Shown here: positions 27,718-37,074 of the stretch, piece after piece
Numbering within the stretch: the first letter of the stretch is position 1
Layout: each line of letters begins with the position of its first letter
Assembly: GCF_963674925.2 (NCBI RefSeq)
Contig: NZ_CAXXRE010000003.1
Coordinates: 2,047,199 to 2,111,198 of the forward strand
Length of the DNA stretch: 64,000 nucleotides
Direction of reading: 5' to 3'
Source of the DNA: an uncultured Draconibacterium sp.
Lineage (GTDB): Bacteria > Bacteroidota > Bacteroidia > Bacteroidales > Prolixibacteraceae
The notes under the pieces: generated by a model
Database searches by the model: none
What the model was told of the DNA's origin: nothing
The model's input: the letters and a program-made list of their open reading frames with translations, nothing else
Program-made: the position numbers and the translations under genes

Positions 27718-28287
27718 ATGAAACGAGTATTTTTTTTATTGATTGGAATCCTGGTATTAAGTGTAGCCTGTCAGGATGATTTTGTTGAACCTGATAACGA
27801 TCTGATGGCACTTGAAAAAAGTGCCAAATATGAAAAAGTTAAAACCTTTCCCGTTAAAGGCTGGACCCAAATTATTCCTGATGAAACAGCTCCGAGGTTT
27901 CAGTGTATGCCTGTGGAAGCCGGAGTTGATATGTGTTCCTTTGGTTGGTTAGCCGGACAGATGAACATTTCCGGCAAGATCATTCAGGAAGAAAGCACCT
28001 ACACAAAATTGTATTGTGAGCTGATGCTTACACCCGAAGGACCTGTAATTTATAATGAAGTAAGTGCTGATGTCAAATTCGCAAGTGGCGAGAGAGTTTC
28101 TGCATTGGGATTCGTATCGATTAATACGGTAACCGGAGAGGTAACCGGACACACAGACTATGTTGGAGGGACTGGCCGTTTTGAAGGAATTAATGGCACA
28201 TCACAAGTTGTGAATGGAGTAGTGTTGCCCGATGGAGGATTGTATTGGGATTTGAAAGGCGAAATTACACTGGTGTTGAAAGATTAG
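27718..28287 (+). CDS. Hypothetical lipoprotein
   Basis: Lipobox LSVA-C followed by acidic QDD..E..D (surface-export-signal-like). Confidence 0.75.
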   Translation: MKRVFFLLIGILVLSVACQDDFVEPDNDLMALEKSAKYEKVKTFPVKGWTQIIPDETAPRFQCMPVEAGVDMCSFGWLAGQMNISGKIIQEESTYTKLYCELMLTPEGPVIYNEVSADVKFASGERVSALGFVSINTVTGEVTGHTDYVGGTGRFEGINGTSQVVNGVVLPDGGLYWDLKGEITLVLKD

Positions 28288-28361
28288 AAGCACGCGCTCG
28301 GATTTGCTATAAAATTGAACCAATTTGGCGGCATTTTACACCCTCCTTTCACGGATTAGCA

Positions 28362-28440
28362 TGCAACTTCCAACTGTCAGGGGAGCACAAAAATTTAAAG
28401 AGGTCAATTTCGACCTCTTTTTTTTTGACCAAATTTTTGA
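28362..28440 (+). repeat. att-like junction copy J3
   Basis: tgcaacttccaactgtcaggggagc, then 30-bp identity ttaaagaggtcaatttcgacctc+T7 (from 28395) with 14654-14683. Confidence 0.88.
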
Positions 28441-28662
28441 AAGGAATCACCAAATTCTCAGGGTGGAGTTTCATCGAATATCTTTAAATTCAGTTGATTT
28501 TAGTGTGGTAAATCCTCAATAGTAGTTACTATTTCAAATTATTTTTTGCTGCCAAAAACTCACGTTTCCTCTGAAAGAGTATTGAATGCGAAAATGGTGC
28601 AATGCGAAGATAAAGAGTTTGTTACACCTCTATCGCTGTATGCTGTTTTGATTGTAAAACAA

Positions 28663-28722
28663 GAATAATGTATAACATAGTACCAAGCAAAAAAGAGAAG
28701 CATATTAAAAAAAGTACTATGT
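28663..28722. promoter_or_regulatory. Candidate PadR operator(s)
   Basis: ACATAGTAC (28675-28683) and its exact reverse complement GTACTATGT (28714-28722); ATGT-ATA-ACAT dyad; upstream of the operon containing padR. Confidence 0.45.
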
Positions 28723-28815
28723 AAGTGTAACGTTGTGTGAAATATTGCGTCATATTAATGAAAACAATTACAAAAAGATTTTACAGAAAACAATAAAACA
28801 ACTGGAGGATAAGTC

Positions 28816-29259
28816 ATGAAAACAAAAAACAATGTTCAGAAAGTAACTACAAGATTATTAGCATTAGGATTCGTTTTAGTAGCTCTGGGTATTAGTGTAA
28901 ATGCTCAGAATTTAGGAAAATCATTACCATTAACTATTAGCTTTAAGGGAATGGCCCTGGCAATGGTTGATAACTCTACCTACTACAAATCATCATCAAC
29001 CGAGGCGGATGTTTATACATCAAATTTCGATGTGGAGACAGAAGAAGCATTAGCACTGGAAGCTTGGATGACAGATGAAGCCAGCTTTGATGTTTATGCA
29101 CAATATGTTCAAGCAGAACAGGAAGAAGCTTTGGAAGTAGAAGCCTGGATGATTGATGAAGCTACTTTTAATCACTGGTCTTTTCAGTTTACCGAAGAAA
29201 CTGAATCTCCGTTGGAATTGGAAGACTGGATGACTTCTGACAAACTATGGAATCGTTAG
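28816..29259 (+). CDS. Secreted acidic protein with three E-x-L-x-[LV]-E-x-W-M repeats
   Basis: Signal-peptide-like N-terminus; EALALEAWMTD, EALEVEAWMID, SPLELEDWMTS. Confidence 0.75.
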   Translation: MKTKNNVQKVTTRLLALGFVLVALGISVNAQNLGKSLPLTISFKGMALAMVDNSTYYKSSSTEADVYTSNFDVETEEALALEAWMTDEASFDVYAQYVQAEQEEALEVEAWMIDEATFNHWSFQFTEETESPLELEDWMTSDKLWNR

Positions 29260-29312
29260 TTCCATATAAAATTGTCAACAAGAAAATTATAAATCTTAAA
29301 AAGTCAGAAATC

Positions 29313-29645
29313 ATGAAATTAGAGAATACAAAAGCACAAATGAGAAAAGGGGTATTGGAATACTGTATCTTACTTGTTTGTAAACAAGAGCCGGTGTATG
29401 CAGTGAATGTTATCAAAGGTTTACGTGATGCCAATATGATAGTAGTGGAAGGTACTGTTTATCCGTTACTTACCCGGCTAAAGAATGACGGTTTATTATC
29501 CTACCGCTGGGAAGAATCGACCCAGGGACCACCCCGAAAATATTATGAACTCACCGAAAAAGGCAGACACGTTTTACAAGAGTTGGAAGACTCATGGGGT
29601 GAATTAGTTGACGCTGTTGGAAGAGTCAAAACAAACAGGGCATAA
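29313..29645 (+). CDS. PadR family transcriptional regulator
   Basis: MRKGVLEYCIL, EGTVYPLLTRL, GPPRKYYELTEKG; start ATG 29313. Confidence 0.92.
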   Translation: MKLENTKAQMRKGVLEYCILLVCKQEPVYAVNVIKGLRDANMIVVEGTVYPLLTRLKNDGLLSYRWEESTQGPPRKYYELTEKGRHVLQELEDSWGELVDAVGRVKTNRA

Positions 29646-29691
29646 TAGCAAAAAATCAGAAGAATAGTAATAACTTAAAAAAACAATAAAA

Positions 29692-30321
29692 ATGAAAAGG
29701 ACATTGACAATAAACATAAGCGGGACTGTATTTCATATTGAAGAAGACGCATATGAGGCCTTACAGAAATACATGGTATTACTGAAAAATTATTTTGGTA
29801 AAGATGATGACGGCAAAGAAATTTTCGCTGATATTGAAGCGAGGATAGCAGAGATTTTTACAGAAAAATCGGGCAAGAAAAACCAGGCGATTACTTTGGA
29901 GTGGGTAGAGGAACTCATCGAGACACTCGGTACACCCGAAAATTTTTCGGAGGAGGCAGGTGAAGAAGAACCATTGGCAGGACATAAATCGCGCAAGAGA
30001 AAACTTTATCGCGATCCTGAACAAACAATTATCGCAGGAGTCTGTGGTGGTCTGGCTGCTTATTTTGACATGGATCCGGTGGTTATCAGATTAATAGTTG
30101 TATTGCTTGCACTGTTTACATCAGGGGCAGGACTATTGGTTTATTTGCTTCTTTGGGTAATTGTTCCAAAGGCTGTAACTACAACACAGCGACTTGAAAT
30201 GAAAGGCGAGGAGGTAACCATTAAAAACATTGAGAAATTTTTGAAAGATGAAGTGGATGCTGTAAAAGAGAGTTATAAGAAAATCAAAAAATCCAAATTC
30301 TTTTCAAAAGGAAAAGCTTAA
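29692..30321 (+). CDS. HAAS + PspC domain membrane protein
   Basis: TINISGTVFHIEEDAY..L..Y, DIEARIAE, LGTPE; PspC motif KLYRDPEQTIIAGVCGGLAAYF and YLLLWVIVP. Confidence 0.87.
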   Translation: MKRTLTINISGTVFHIEEDAYEALQKYMVLLKNYFGKDDDGKEIFADIEARIAEIFTEKSGKKNQAITLEWVEELIETLGTPENFSEEAGEEEPLAGHKSRKRKLYRDPEQTIIAGVCGGLAAYFDMDPVVIRLIVVLLALFTSGAGLLVYLLLWVIVPKAVTTTQRLEMKGEEVTIKNIEKFLKDEVDAVKESYKKIKKSKFFSKGKA

Positions 30322-30370
30322 AAGAGTCTTGTTAATACGGAAGGAACCTGATCACTATAAAATGTCATTA

Positions 30371-30460
30371 TCAAATCAGATTGTAATTGGCAACTGGCAG
30401 GGGAGCAATAAACAAAAGAGGTCTTTTAGACCTCCTTTTTTCATGCCCGGATTTTGGAAA
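30371..30460 (+). repeat. att-like junction copy J4
   Basis: aaatcagattgtaattggcaactggcaggggagc, aaaagaggtc..gacctc..T6..atgcccggatttt; minus frames read FQNPGMKK..DLF and IAPLPVANYNLI*. Confidence 0.8.
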
Positions 30461-30673
30461 ACTATACCAAAATGAAAGCGGGTGTTGAATATTGGCTTGA
30501 ATTTGTGGGCCACAATTATCTCTTTCACACCAATAGACTACTTGCAAAAACTACCCTGCAGAATTGAACAAATAACCTGGTTGTTTGTACTAAATCATTA
30601 TGGCTTAGTATATAAGCTATAATTTGAATATGTTTCATAATCAATTTGAATACGAATGAATACCTTATAATAC

Positions 30674-31537
30674 ATGCTTGATCTGCATTCATATATCAGA
30701 AATAACAGTCACTATAAAAAGCTAACTATAGATGATTTGCTATTTGTTGAATACAAATGTGTATATGAAGAGACCAGGGCTGGTATTTGGTCGGATACCA
30801 ATTATTTTGTGTTTGTTACCAGCGGAAAAAAAATGTGGAAAAGCATATATAATGAGTATGTTGTTGAAACAGGTGATTCGTTATTTGTAAAAAAGGGGGC
30901 GAATTTAGTTCATCAGTATTTTGAAGAGGATTACTGTGCATTGATGATATTTATTCCTGATGATTTTATTAAAAAATTTATGGCCCGTTTTACTGAAGTT
31001 GTTCATATATCATCCGAAGACATATCTGAACTGGATTCTGTAATTCGCATCCAGCTTGACGAGTATCTGGAATCATACGTTAATTCTCTGGCATATTTTC
31101 TTGAGGCTGAGCTTGTTCCCGATAAAAATTTGCTGGTTCACAAATTGGAAGAATTGTTGTTAAATATTTTTACCCGCCCATTGCATAAAAATGTTGCCAA
31201 ATACCTTCATTCCCTCAGCAAAGATCAAAGCACACAGCTGAGGCAGGTAATGGAAGATAATTTTGCCTTTAATCTCAAACTGGAAGAATTTGCAAAACTG
31301 TGCAACATGAGTTTGAGCTCTTTTAAAAGAATGTTTAACTCCGTTTATAATACATCTCCCGGCAAGTGGCTAACCCAAAAAAGGCTCGATCTTGCTGCCC
31401 ACCTTTTGTTAACTTCGGATAAAACGGTAGGCCAGATTGCATTTGAAAGTGGTTTTGAAGAACCCTCCAGTTTTATTCGTGTATTCAAACAAAAACTTAA
31501 TTGTACTCCGCTTCAGTATCGATCAGTTAGAGCCTAA
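30674..31537 (+). CDS. AraC family transcriptional regulator
   Basis: LEEFAKLCNMSLSSFKRMF, IAFESGFEEPSSFIRVFKQK. Confidence 0.9.
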   Translation: MLDLHSYIRNNSHYKKLTIDDLLFVEYKCVYEETRAGIWSDTNYFVFVTSGKKMWKSIYNEYVVETGDSLFVKKGANLVHQYFEEDYCALMIFIPDDFIKKFMARFTEVVHISSEDISELDSVIRIQLDEYLESYVNSLAYFLEAELVPDKNLLVHKLEELLLNIFTRPLHKNVAKYLHSLSKDQSTQLRQVMEDNFAFNLKLEEFAKLCNMSLSSFKRMFNSVYNTSPGKWLTQKRLDLAAHLLLTSDKTVGQIAFESGFEEPSSFIRVFKQKLNCTPLQYRSVRA

Positions 31538-31658
31538 CCCACACGATATCCTTTGTTTTTAGCGTTAAAATCCTTCAAAAAACGATAAAAAAGACCAATT
31601 GGGCTTTTTTGTAGATTTTATGGACCAAAGTGTCTATCTCTAAGGCATTGTTTGCCTC

Positions 31659-31666
31659 TATCTTTG
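31659..31666 (+). promoter_or_regulatory. -7 promoter element of the OsmC-family gene
   Basis: TATCTTTG matches TAnnTTTG, 40 nt before ATG. Confidence 0.55.
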
Positions 31667-31705
31667 CATTGTTACTTGATTTTTTAACCTTAAAAAATAA
31701 TTAAA

Positions 31706-32260
31706 ATGGAAACAAAAGTAAAAACAATTAATGGCTTCAATGCTGAAGGAATTATGAACACAGTAACTGCAATTCAGGGCAATCCTGAAATTGCAAAATT
31801 TGAACTACGTGCAACAAATACCTGGATTTCAGGCGGACACAACCGCAGTTTTGTGCAGGGATTTTACGGTGCCTGCCAGGAAGATACTTCGCGTGAAACT
31901 CCTTTTGTATTTGACAATGATGAGCCACCGGTATTGCTGGGTGAAAATAAAGGAGCAAATCCGGGCGAAGTGCTATTACATGGTTTGCTTGCCTGTATGA
32001 CAACAGCAATGGTGTTGCTGGCAGCTGGGAAAGGAATTGAAGTTACAGGAGTTTCTTCCAGTATCGAAGGCGATGTTGATCTTCAGGGATTTTTAGGAAT
32101 GAATCCAGATGTTCCTAAAGCGTTCAGTCAGATTCGAGTTAAATTCGATATCGATGGAGCAAGCGATATGGAAAAAGAACAACTGATTAGTTTTGCAAAA
32201 CAATCACCTGTTTTTAACACTTTGATTAATCCGATTGATGTGCAAGTATCAGTTCAATAA
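31706..32260 (+). CDS. OsmC family protein
   Basis: DEPPVLLGENKGANPGEVLLHGLLACMT, QSPVFNTL. Confidence 0.85.
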   Translation: METKVKTINGFNAEGIMNTVTAIQGNPEIAKFELRATNTWISGGHNRSFVQGFYGACQEDTSRETPFVFDNDEPPVLLGENKGANPGEVLLHGLLACMTTAMVLLAAGKGIEVTGVSSSIEGDVDLQGFLGMNPDVPKAFSQIRVKFDIDGASDMEKEQLISFAKQSPVFNTLINPIDVQVSVQ

Positions 32261-32288
32261 TCATCAGGGGAATTGTATAACATAAATG

Positions 32289-32320
32289 AAAAAGGTCAAT
32301 CGAATTCGGTTGACCTTTTT
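32289..32320 (+). terminator. Intrinsic terminator after OsmC gene
   Basis: aaaaaggtcaatcga..tcggttgaccttttt. Confidence 0.75.
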
Positions 32321-32376
32321 GATTTACGTCTTGTTTTTAAGTAGATGACACAGGTTTTAAATTGTATAAATTATTC

Positions 32377-32410
32377 AAAAAAAAATCCTGCTCACTTTTG
32401 AGCAGGATTT
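32377..32410 (-). terminator. Intrinsic terminator after the lyase
   Basis: aaatcctgctca-cttt-tgagcaggattt with A run on the left. Confidence 0.8.
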
Positions 32411-32434
32411 ATAATATTTAATAATCAATATTAA

Positions 32435-33883
32435 CTACAGACTATCGCCAAAATCGGCTTTAAATTTCTCCACAAGCTTTTCCTGCCAGTCGGAGGTTGG
32501 TTTTAGCTTACCAAAGAAAAACCGCAATACTTTTGGCTCGTCGTAAAATTCGAGTCCGCCAATAAGCTTTCTGTTTTCGTAAAGCCATGCAATTCTGTCG
32601 ATGGTATATTTTACCTGCGATAAGGTGAAAACACGGCGGGGAAGCGCAAGCCTTAGAAGCTCAACTGCAGCAAAATGGTCGCTGCCATCTTCTTCTCTTT
32701 CCTCCGAAATTGTACCTCTTTCCATGCCTCGTACTCCACTTGCAATGTATAAAGCGGCTGCTAATGAACCTGCCCTGTATTCCTTTTGTGGCACATGATC
32801 AAGAAAAGCCATGGCATCAAGGTGGGCTCCCAAACCTCCCGGAGGTGTTATTACAGGAACTCCGAGTTTAACCAATTCATCAATCATATATTTAATAAAA
32901 ATAGGACCCTGGTTAATCATTTCTTCGTCCATGGTTTCATCCAGTCCAACTACCATTGCCTCCATCTCGCGGGTTGACATACCTCCGTAAGTTGAAAAAC
33001 CTTCGTAAAGCGGCAGCATTTCCAATAGTTTTTTGTAGGCAGCCTCGTCGTTGGTAATTATACCACCCCCTCTTACGTGCCCCAGTTTACGTGCTGAGAA
33101 ATAAACGATATCAGCAGAATCAGATAAAATCCGGGTTATTTCACGGGTGGAGTGATTTTTATACTTTTCGTCGCGGGTTTTGATGAAATGCAGGTTATCA
33201 GCCCACAAACTTGCATCAATAATAAACGGAATGTTGTATTTTCGGGCAATCTTACCTGTCTCAATAAAGTTGTCTAAAGCAACAGGCTGTCCTCCAATCA
33301 GGTTGGTTCCGGCTTCAATTCGAATAAATGAAATCTTATCAGCACCTTCCTCATCTATTAATTTCTGTAACTGATTTAAATCAATATTCCCCTTAAATGG
33401 CTTCGAACTAACCGAATCTAAAGCATCGGGTAAAAACAGTTCGAGCACTTTGCCACCATTTACCATAATATGGGCTTTTGTTGTGGTAAAGTGGTAGTTC
33501 ATCGGAATGTAGGTATCTTTCTTTACAAAGGCCAGTGATAGTAGGTTTTCACAAGCACGTCCCTGGTGTACAGGCAGAAAATATTTCTTTCCAAAAATTT
33601 CCTCGATTTTGTCTTTTAGCCGGGTAAATGTTGCCGAACCCGCATAACTATCATCAACTGTGAGCATTGCAGCAGTTTGTTTGTCACTCATTGCATTTAC
33701 TCCACTGTCAGTAAGCATGTCAAGGTAAATGTCTTTATTGTAGAGGAGAAATGTATTATTGCCGGCCTCCTCAATAGCCTTAAGCCTTCTTTCAACCGGA
33801 ACCAGATCAAGGCGTTGAACCATTCGAACTTTATGCATCTCCAACGGAAGCTCTTCGCCTAAAAAAAATTTAATATTAGCCAT
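32435..33883 (-). CDS. PLP-dependent beta-eliminating lyase (tryptophanase/tyrosine phenol-lyase family; TPL-type specificity residues)
   Basis: DMLTDSG, DSYAGS, HQGRACE, FSARK (PLP Lys), YEGFSTYGGM, LRLALPRRV. Confidence 0.9.
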   Translation of the reverse strand: MANIKFFLGEELPLEMHKVRMVQRLDLVPVERRLKAIEEAGNNTFLLYNKDIYLDMLTDSGVNAMSDKQTAAMLTVDDSYAGSATFTRLKDKIEEIFGKKYFLPVHQGRACENLLSLAFVKKDTYIPMNYHFTTTKAHIMVNGGKVLELFLPDALDSVSSKPFKGNIDLNQLQKLIDEEGADKISFIRIEAGTNLIGGQPVALDNFIETGKIARKYNIPFIIDASLWADNLHFIKTRDEKYKNHSTREITRILSDSADIVYFSARKLGHVRGGGIITNDEAAYKKLLEMLPLYEGFSTYGGMSTREMEAMVVGLDETMDEEMINQGPIFIKYMIDELVKLGVPVITPPGGLGAHLDAMAFLDHVPQKEYRAGSLAAALYIASGVRGMERGTISEEREEDGSDHFAAVELLRLALPRRVFTLSQVKYTIDRIAWLYENRKLIGGLEFYDEPKVLRFFFGKLKPTSDWQEKLVEKFKADFGDSL

Positions 33884-34349
33884 AATGAAATAGGTAATTG
33901 TTATTGGTTTTTAATAAATGTAGCTATACAGCTTTTTAGAAGGTATAAATATAATAATATGTAACAGATTGCCTAGTTTTAGTAAGTAGATTGTTAGATA
34001 AGTATCGAAAGAAGTACGAAATTATAAAACGAGGCTTGGAGTAAATTCTAAAATAATAAGAATTTTTTTAGTTTACGATTTTACTTTTTATGTTTTCAAT
34101 AGTCAAACACCAGGTATTCGAAAACAAATAAATAAAGACATTTACCATTGGTTGGCATGTTTGAGTATCTGAAAAACAATTGTTGCTCTGCCAAAGCTTT
34201 GGTGTTGTTCTCTGAATCGGATGTAAAAGTTAAAATCGACAATAAGTTGAGGTATGAAATTGGTAAAAATATGAACTGTATTTTACACCGGGGGATTACC
34301 TTATTACTAATTAAATCAATTCAATCATTCAAAAACTAATTTAATTGAC

Positions 34350-34850
34350 ATGAAAAAAAATTACACAAACAAACAAATGAGTTTTTTGCGAATGTTATCA
34401 GTTGTTATGTGCTTAATGCTAATTGTTCCGGCAATGGCAAAAGCACAGGGTAAATCTAATTTTGCAGGCAGTTGGGCTTTAAATGAATCAAAAAGTAAAT
34501 TGGGCGATAGCGGCCGCCGATTTGGAGGTGGCGACTTTGTTGTAAAACAAGAGGCCAATCTTCTTTCAGTTGAAAGATCGTTTAACGATCAGAGTTTTAC
34601 AAGTAAATACACCCTTGATGGGAAAGAAAGTGTAAACTCTTTTGGAAGAGGTGAAAGCAAATCGACAGCCAACTGGTCTGATGATGGAAAATCGCTAACT
34701 ATCGTAACTAAAATGAATTTCAACGATATGGAAATAAAATCGACCCAGGTTTGGACACTGAACGATGCTAAAACGCTTTCAATTGTATCAACCAGGCCAA
34801 ACAGGGACGGAGGTACCGTAACAACCACATCGGTTTACGACAAAAAATAG
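34350..34850 (+). CDS. Hypothetical secreted protein
   Basis: Signal peptide ending AMAKA-Q; NFAGSWALNESKS; beta-rich; followed by strong terminator. Confidence 0.75.
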   Translation: MKKNYTNKQMSFLRMLSVVMCLMLIVPAMAKAQGKSNFAGSWALNESKSKLGDSGRRFGGGDFVVKQEANLLSVERSFNDQSFTSKYTLDGKESVNSFGRGESKSTANWSDDGKSLTIVTKMNFNDMEIKSTQVWTLNDAKTLSIVSTRPNRDGGTVTTTSVYDKK

Positions 34851-34865
34851 ACTCAAGCAGAAGCT

Positions 34866-34899
34866 AAAAAGAGACCTATGATACATAGGTCTCTTTTTT
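34866..34899. terminator. Bidirectional intrinsic terminator
   Basis: aaaaagagacctatg-ata-cataggtctctttttt perfect stem. Confidence 0.85.
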
Positions 34900-35153
34900 A
34901 TCCCTAATTCTTTATTCAGCTCTGAGTAATACACTCTTTAAACATGCTAGTCCAGTTCGTTGTTTTCGTCGTCGGCAGAAGAAACGCCTGCGAAAGATTG
35001 TGCTGTTCTTCACGAATCGTTTATACCGGCTGCAACACGCAAGGTCGATTCAACTATAATTTATGTGGCACATATGGTTGCCATTTGGTTGATCGGTTCG
35101 CTTTTATCATTGAAGGCTAAACCGGAAGTTCGTAGAACCCGGCAACTGATTAT

Positions 35154-36302
35154 TCATCGATCAATAGTATTTAGTGTGTTTTTTTGTCTGTATTCAGTTG
35201 GCGTTAATCCCGTATGTTTTTTGAATGCCGTGTTAAACGACGATTTGGAGTTAAATCCTACTTCGTATAAGATTTCCAAAACGGTGTATTCTTTTCGGTC
35301 GGTAGAAGCAAGTAATTCCATCGCTTTTTCAATTCTGTACTCATTAACAAAATCAAAAAAGTGTTTGTTGAGGTGGTGGTTGATCAAAATCGAAAGTTCG
35401 CGTGATGAGATTTGGGTTTTTTCAGCCAGGGTATGTAGTGTTAACGTTGCATCAAGAAACGGTTCTTCTTCTTTCATATATTGATTAACACGCTCAGCCA
35501 GTTTGTTGTTTTCCTCTGCCGATTTTAATGTTAAATCACCGGAATTCTGCTTTACCAACTTTTGTACCGAGGGTTGTGCTTCGGTCTCGTCGATAAAAAG
35601 TTCGGGCGATCGTAAACCAAGGATGATAAGCCAGCAAAACAGAATTAAAATAGCTGTTATTACCACGTACGAGATAAATGAAAAACTCTCGAAATGAAAA
35701 ACCCACCGGGTAATTATATTTACCATCGATAAGGAATAAAGCACGGCAACAAAAAGAATTAGATTTGATATATAACCATATCTGTTGGTGTTTGTGTTGG
35801 AATAGTTTTCAAAGAAAATTTCTTTGTGCTTTTTTAAAAGGCGGTATGAAAAATACAAATACAGGAAAGTCTGCAAATACAAAACGGCGTAAAAAAACAG
35901 TCCAACAATTCGTTCAATTTCCTCCGTCACACTTCCTTTTGTGTATTCAATAATAAGCAGGGAAAAAACAACGCCGAGAAGTAAAAAAAAAGGTAAGGTA
36001 TGCCAGAAGTCCTTTCCCTTTAAATTGTAGCCCGGGAACAACGAAGTTTTTATGTGTAAATACAAAGCCGGTGCCGCCAGGTAAATCAGGAGTTGTAGAA
36101 ATGTCGTAATGTTCTCCGACCAGCGGTTTAAAATGAAATCGGCAAAAAAATCCAGAACATTATAGGCCAGCAACAGGATAAAAATGGCGATAAAGTAGTT
36201 GCTTAACTTTTTCCCTTCATTATTAAATAGCAGGTAAATGGCAAACAGAAATGCCTGAAATCCGGCAAGTAATTCGATTGCATTTAAGAACGTAATTTCC
36301 AT
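35154..36302 (-). CDS. Membrane-anchored (about 7 TM) AraC family regulator
   Basis: Hydrophobic N-terminal two-thirds; FLDATLTL, FFDFVNEYR, ILYEVGFNSKSSFNTAFKKHTGLTP. Confidence 0.9.
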   Translation of the reverse strand: MEITFLNAIELLAGFQAFLFAIYLLFNNEGKKLSNYFIAIFILLLAYNVLDFFADFILNRWSENITTFLQLLIYLAAPALYLHIKTSLFPGYNLKGKDFWHTLPFFLLLGVVFSLLIIEYTKGSVTEEIERIVGLFFYAVLYLQTFLYLYFSYRLLKKHKEIFFENYSNTNTNRYGYISNLILFVAVLYSLSMVNIITRWVFHFESFSFISYVVITAILILFCWLIILGLRSPELFIDETEAQPSVQKLVKQNSGDLTLKSAEENNKLAERVNQYMKEEEPFLDATLTLHTLAEKTQISSRELSILINHHLNKHFFDFVNEYRIEKAMELLASTDRKEYTVLEILYEVGFNSKSSFNTAFKKHTGLTPTEYRQKNTLNTIDR

Positions 36303-36366
36303 TTAGTCAATATTTGCTTCATACAATTATACAAATAATTGAAGATTGTATTAAATGGATACGCTT

Positions 36367-37068
36367 CTAGCTCAGGAAGAAAAATATGTGCTCCTGTGCC
36401 CAGTTGGTAATGATACGTTCTTTATCAAGAAAAATCATCGTAATTCCAAATACGTCGTAAAAACCATGTGTAAGAACCAGTACCCAAAGGTTTTTTTGAT
36501 TTTTGTAGAAAATCGAACTAAATAGCAGTGCCACAAATCCGGTGGTAATTATGCCCGAAGCTCCCTGATACAAATGCGCAAAACCAAATGCTAAAGATGA
36601 AATAAGAATTGCTGCTGCCCATGCCGGCTGACTGTTGCCAAAAATACGGGCCAGTTGTTTAAGCATGTAACCGCGATATAAAAATTCCTCGCCAAACGCG
36701 GCGAAGATCCACATTATGGCCAAAAAGACAAGGTAGTTTTGCCAGTTTCCTTTTAAGCCTTCGAAGTTGCTTAAATCGGTAGCACCATAAAAATATTCGA
36801 TGACGGGTTGAAAAAGAAAGTCGTTTGCAACGATGATGAGAATGGTATATAAAATGGCTTTGAGAACGGTTTTTACAAGCGGATTTTTTTGAATTGAAAA
36901 AAACGACCAGTCCCATTTTACCGCCCAGGCAGTGACTAAAACGATTACATATCCCAGGATAGTGCCATAATTGCTGGTAGCAATTGATAAGGTTAGAATA
37001 ATGGAAATAAATGTTAGAATTACGGCCGGTTGCGTAAGAAAAGTTGCGGCTTTTTGTCTTGCTTTCAT
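36367..37068 (-). CDS. CPBP (CAAX/Abi) intramembrane metalloprotease
   Basis: GEEFLYRG, FGFAHLYQG, HGFYD motifs. Confidence 0.9.
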   Translation of the reverse strand: MKARQKAATFLTQPAVILTFISIILTLSIATSNYGTILGYVIVLVTAWAVKWDWSFFSIQKNPLVKTVLKAILYTILIIVANDFLFQPVIEYFYGATDLSNFEGLKGNWQNYLVFLAIMWIFAAFGEEFLYRGYMLKQLARIFGNSQPAWAAAILISSLAFGFAHLYQGASGIITTGFVALLFSSIFYKNQKNLWVLVLTHGFYDVFGITMIFLDKERIITNWAQEHIFFFLS

Positions 37069-37074
37069 TTTTTA

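Noticed and set aside
14637-30460. Junction repeats as a CRISPR array or integron attC sites
   Set aside because: Spacers are kilobases long, no cas or intI gene, no R/L box architecture; the core equals the tRNA 3' end
32263-32320. caggggaat plus aggtc/gacct hairpin after OsmC as another junction
   Set aside because: Core mismatched, spacing too long, no P arm or TGCCCG arm; an ordinary terminator explains it
33884-34349. tnaC-like leader upstream of the lyase; ORF 34148-34339
   Set aside because: No short ORF with a suitable Trp/Pro pattern found; the 63-aa ORF has no recognisable features
34960-35484. 174-aa plus-strand ORF
   Set aside because: Mostly antisense to the AraC HTH, TTG start, no family features
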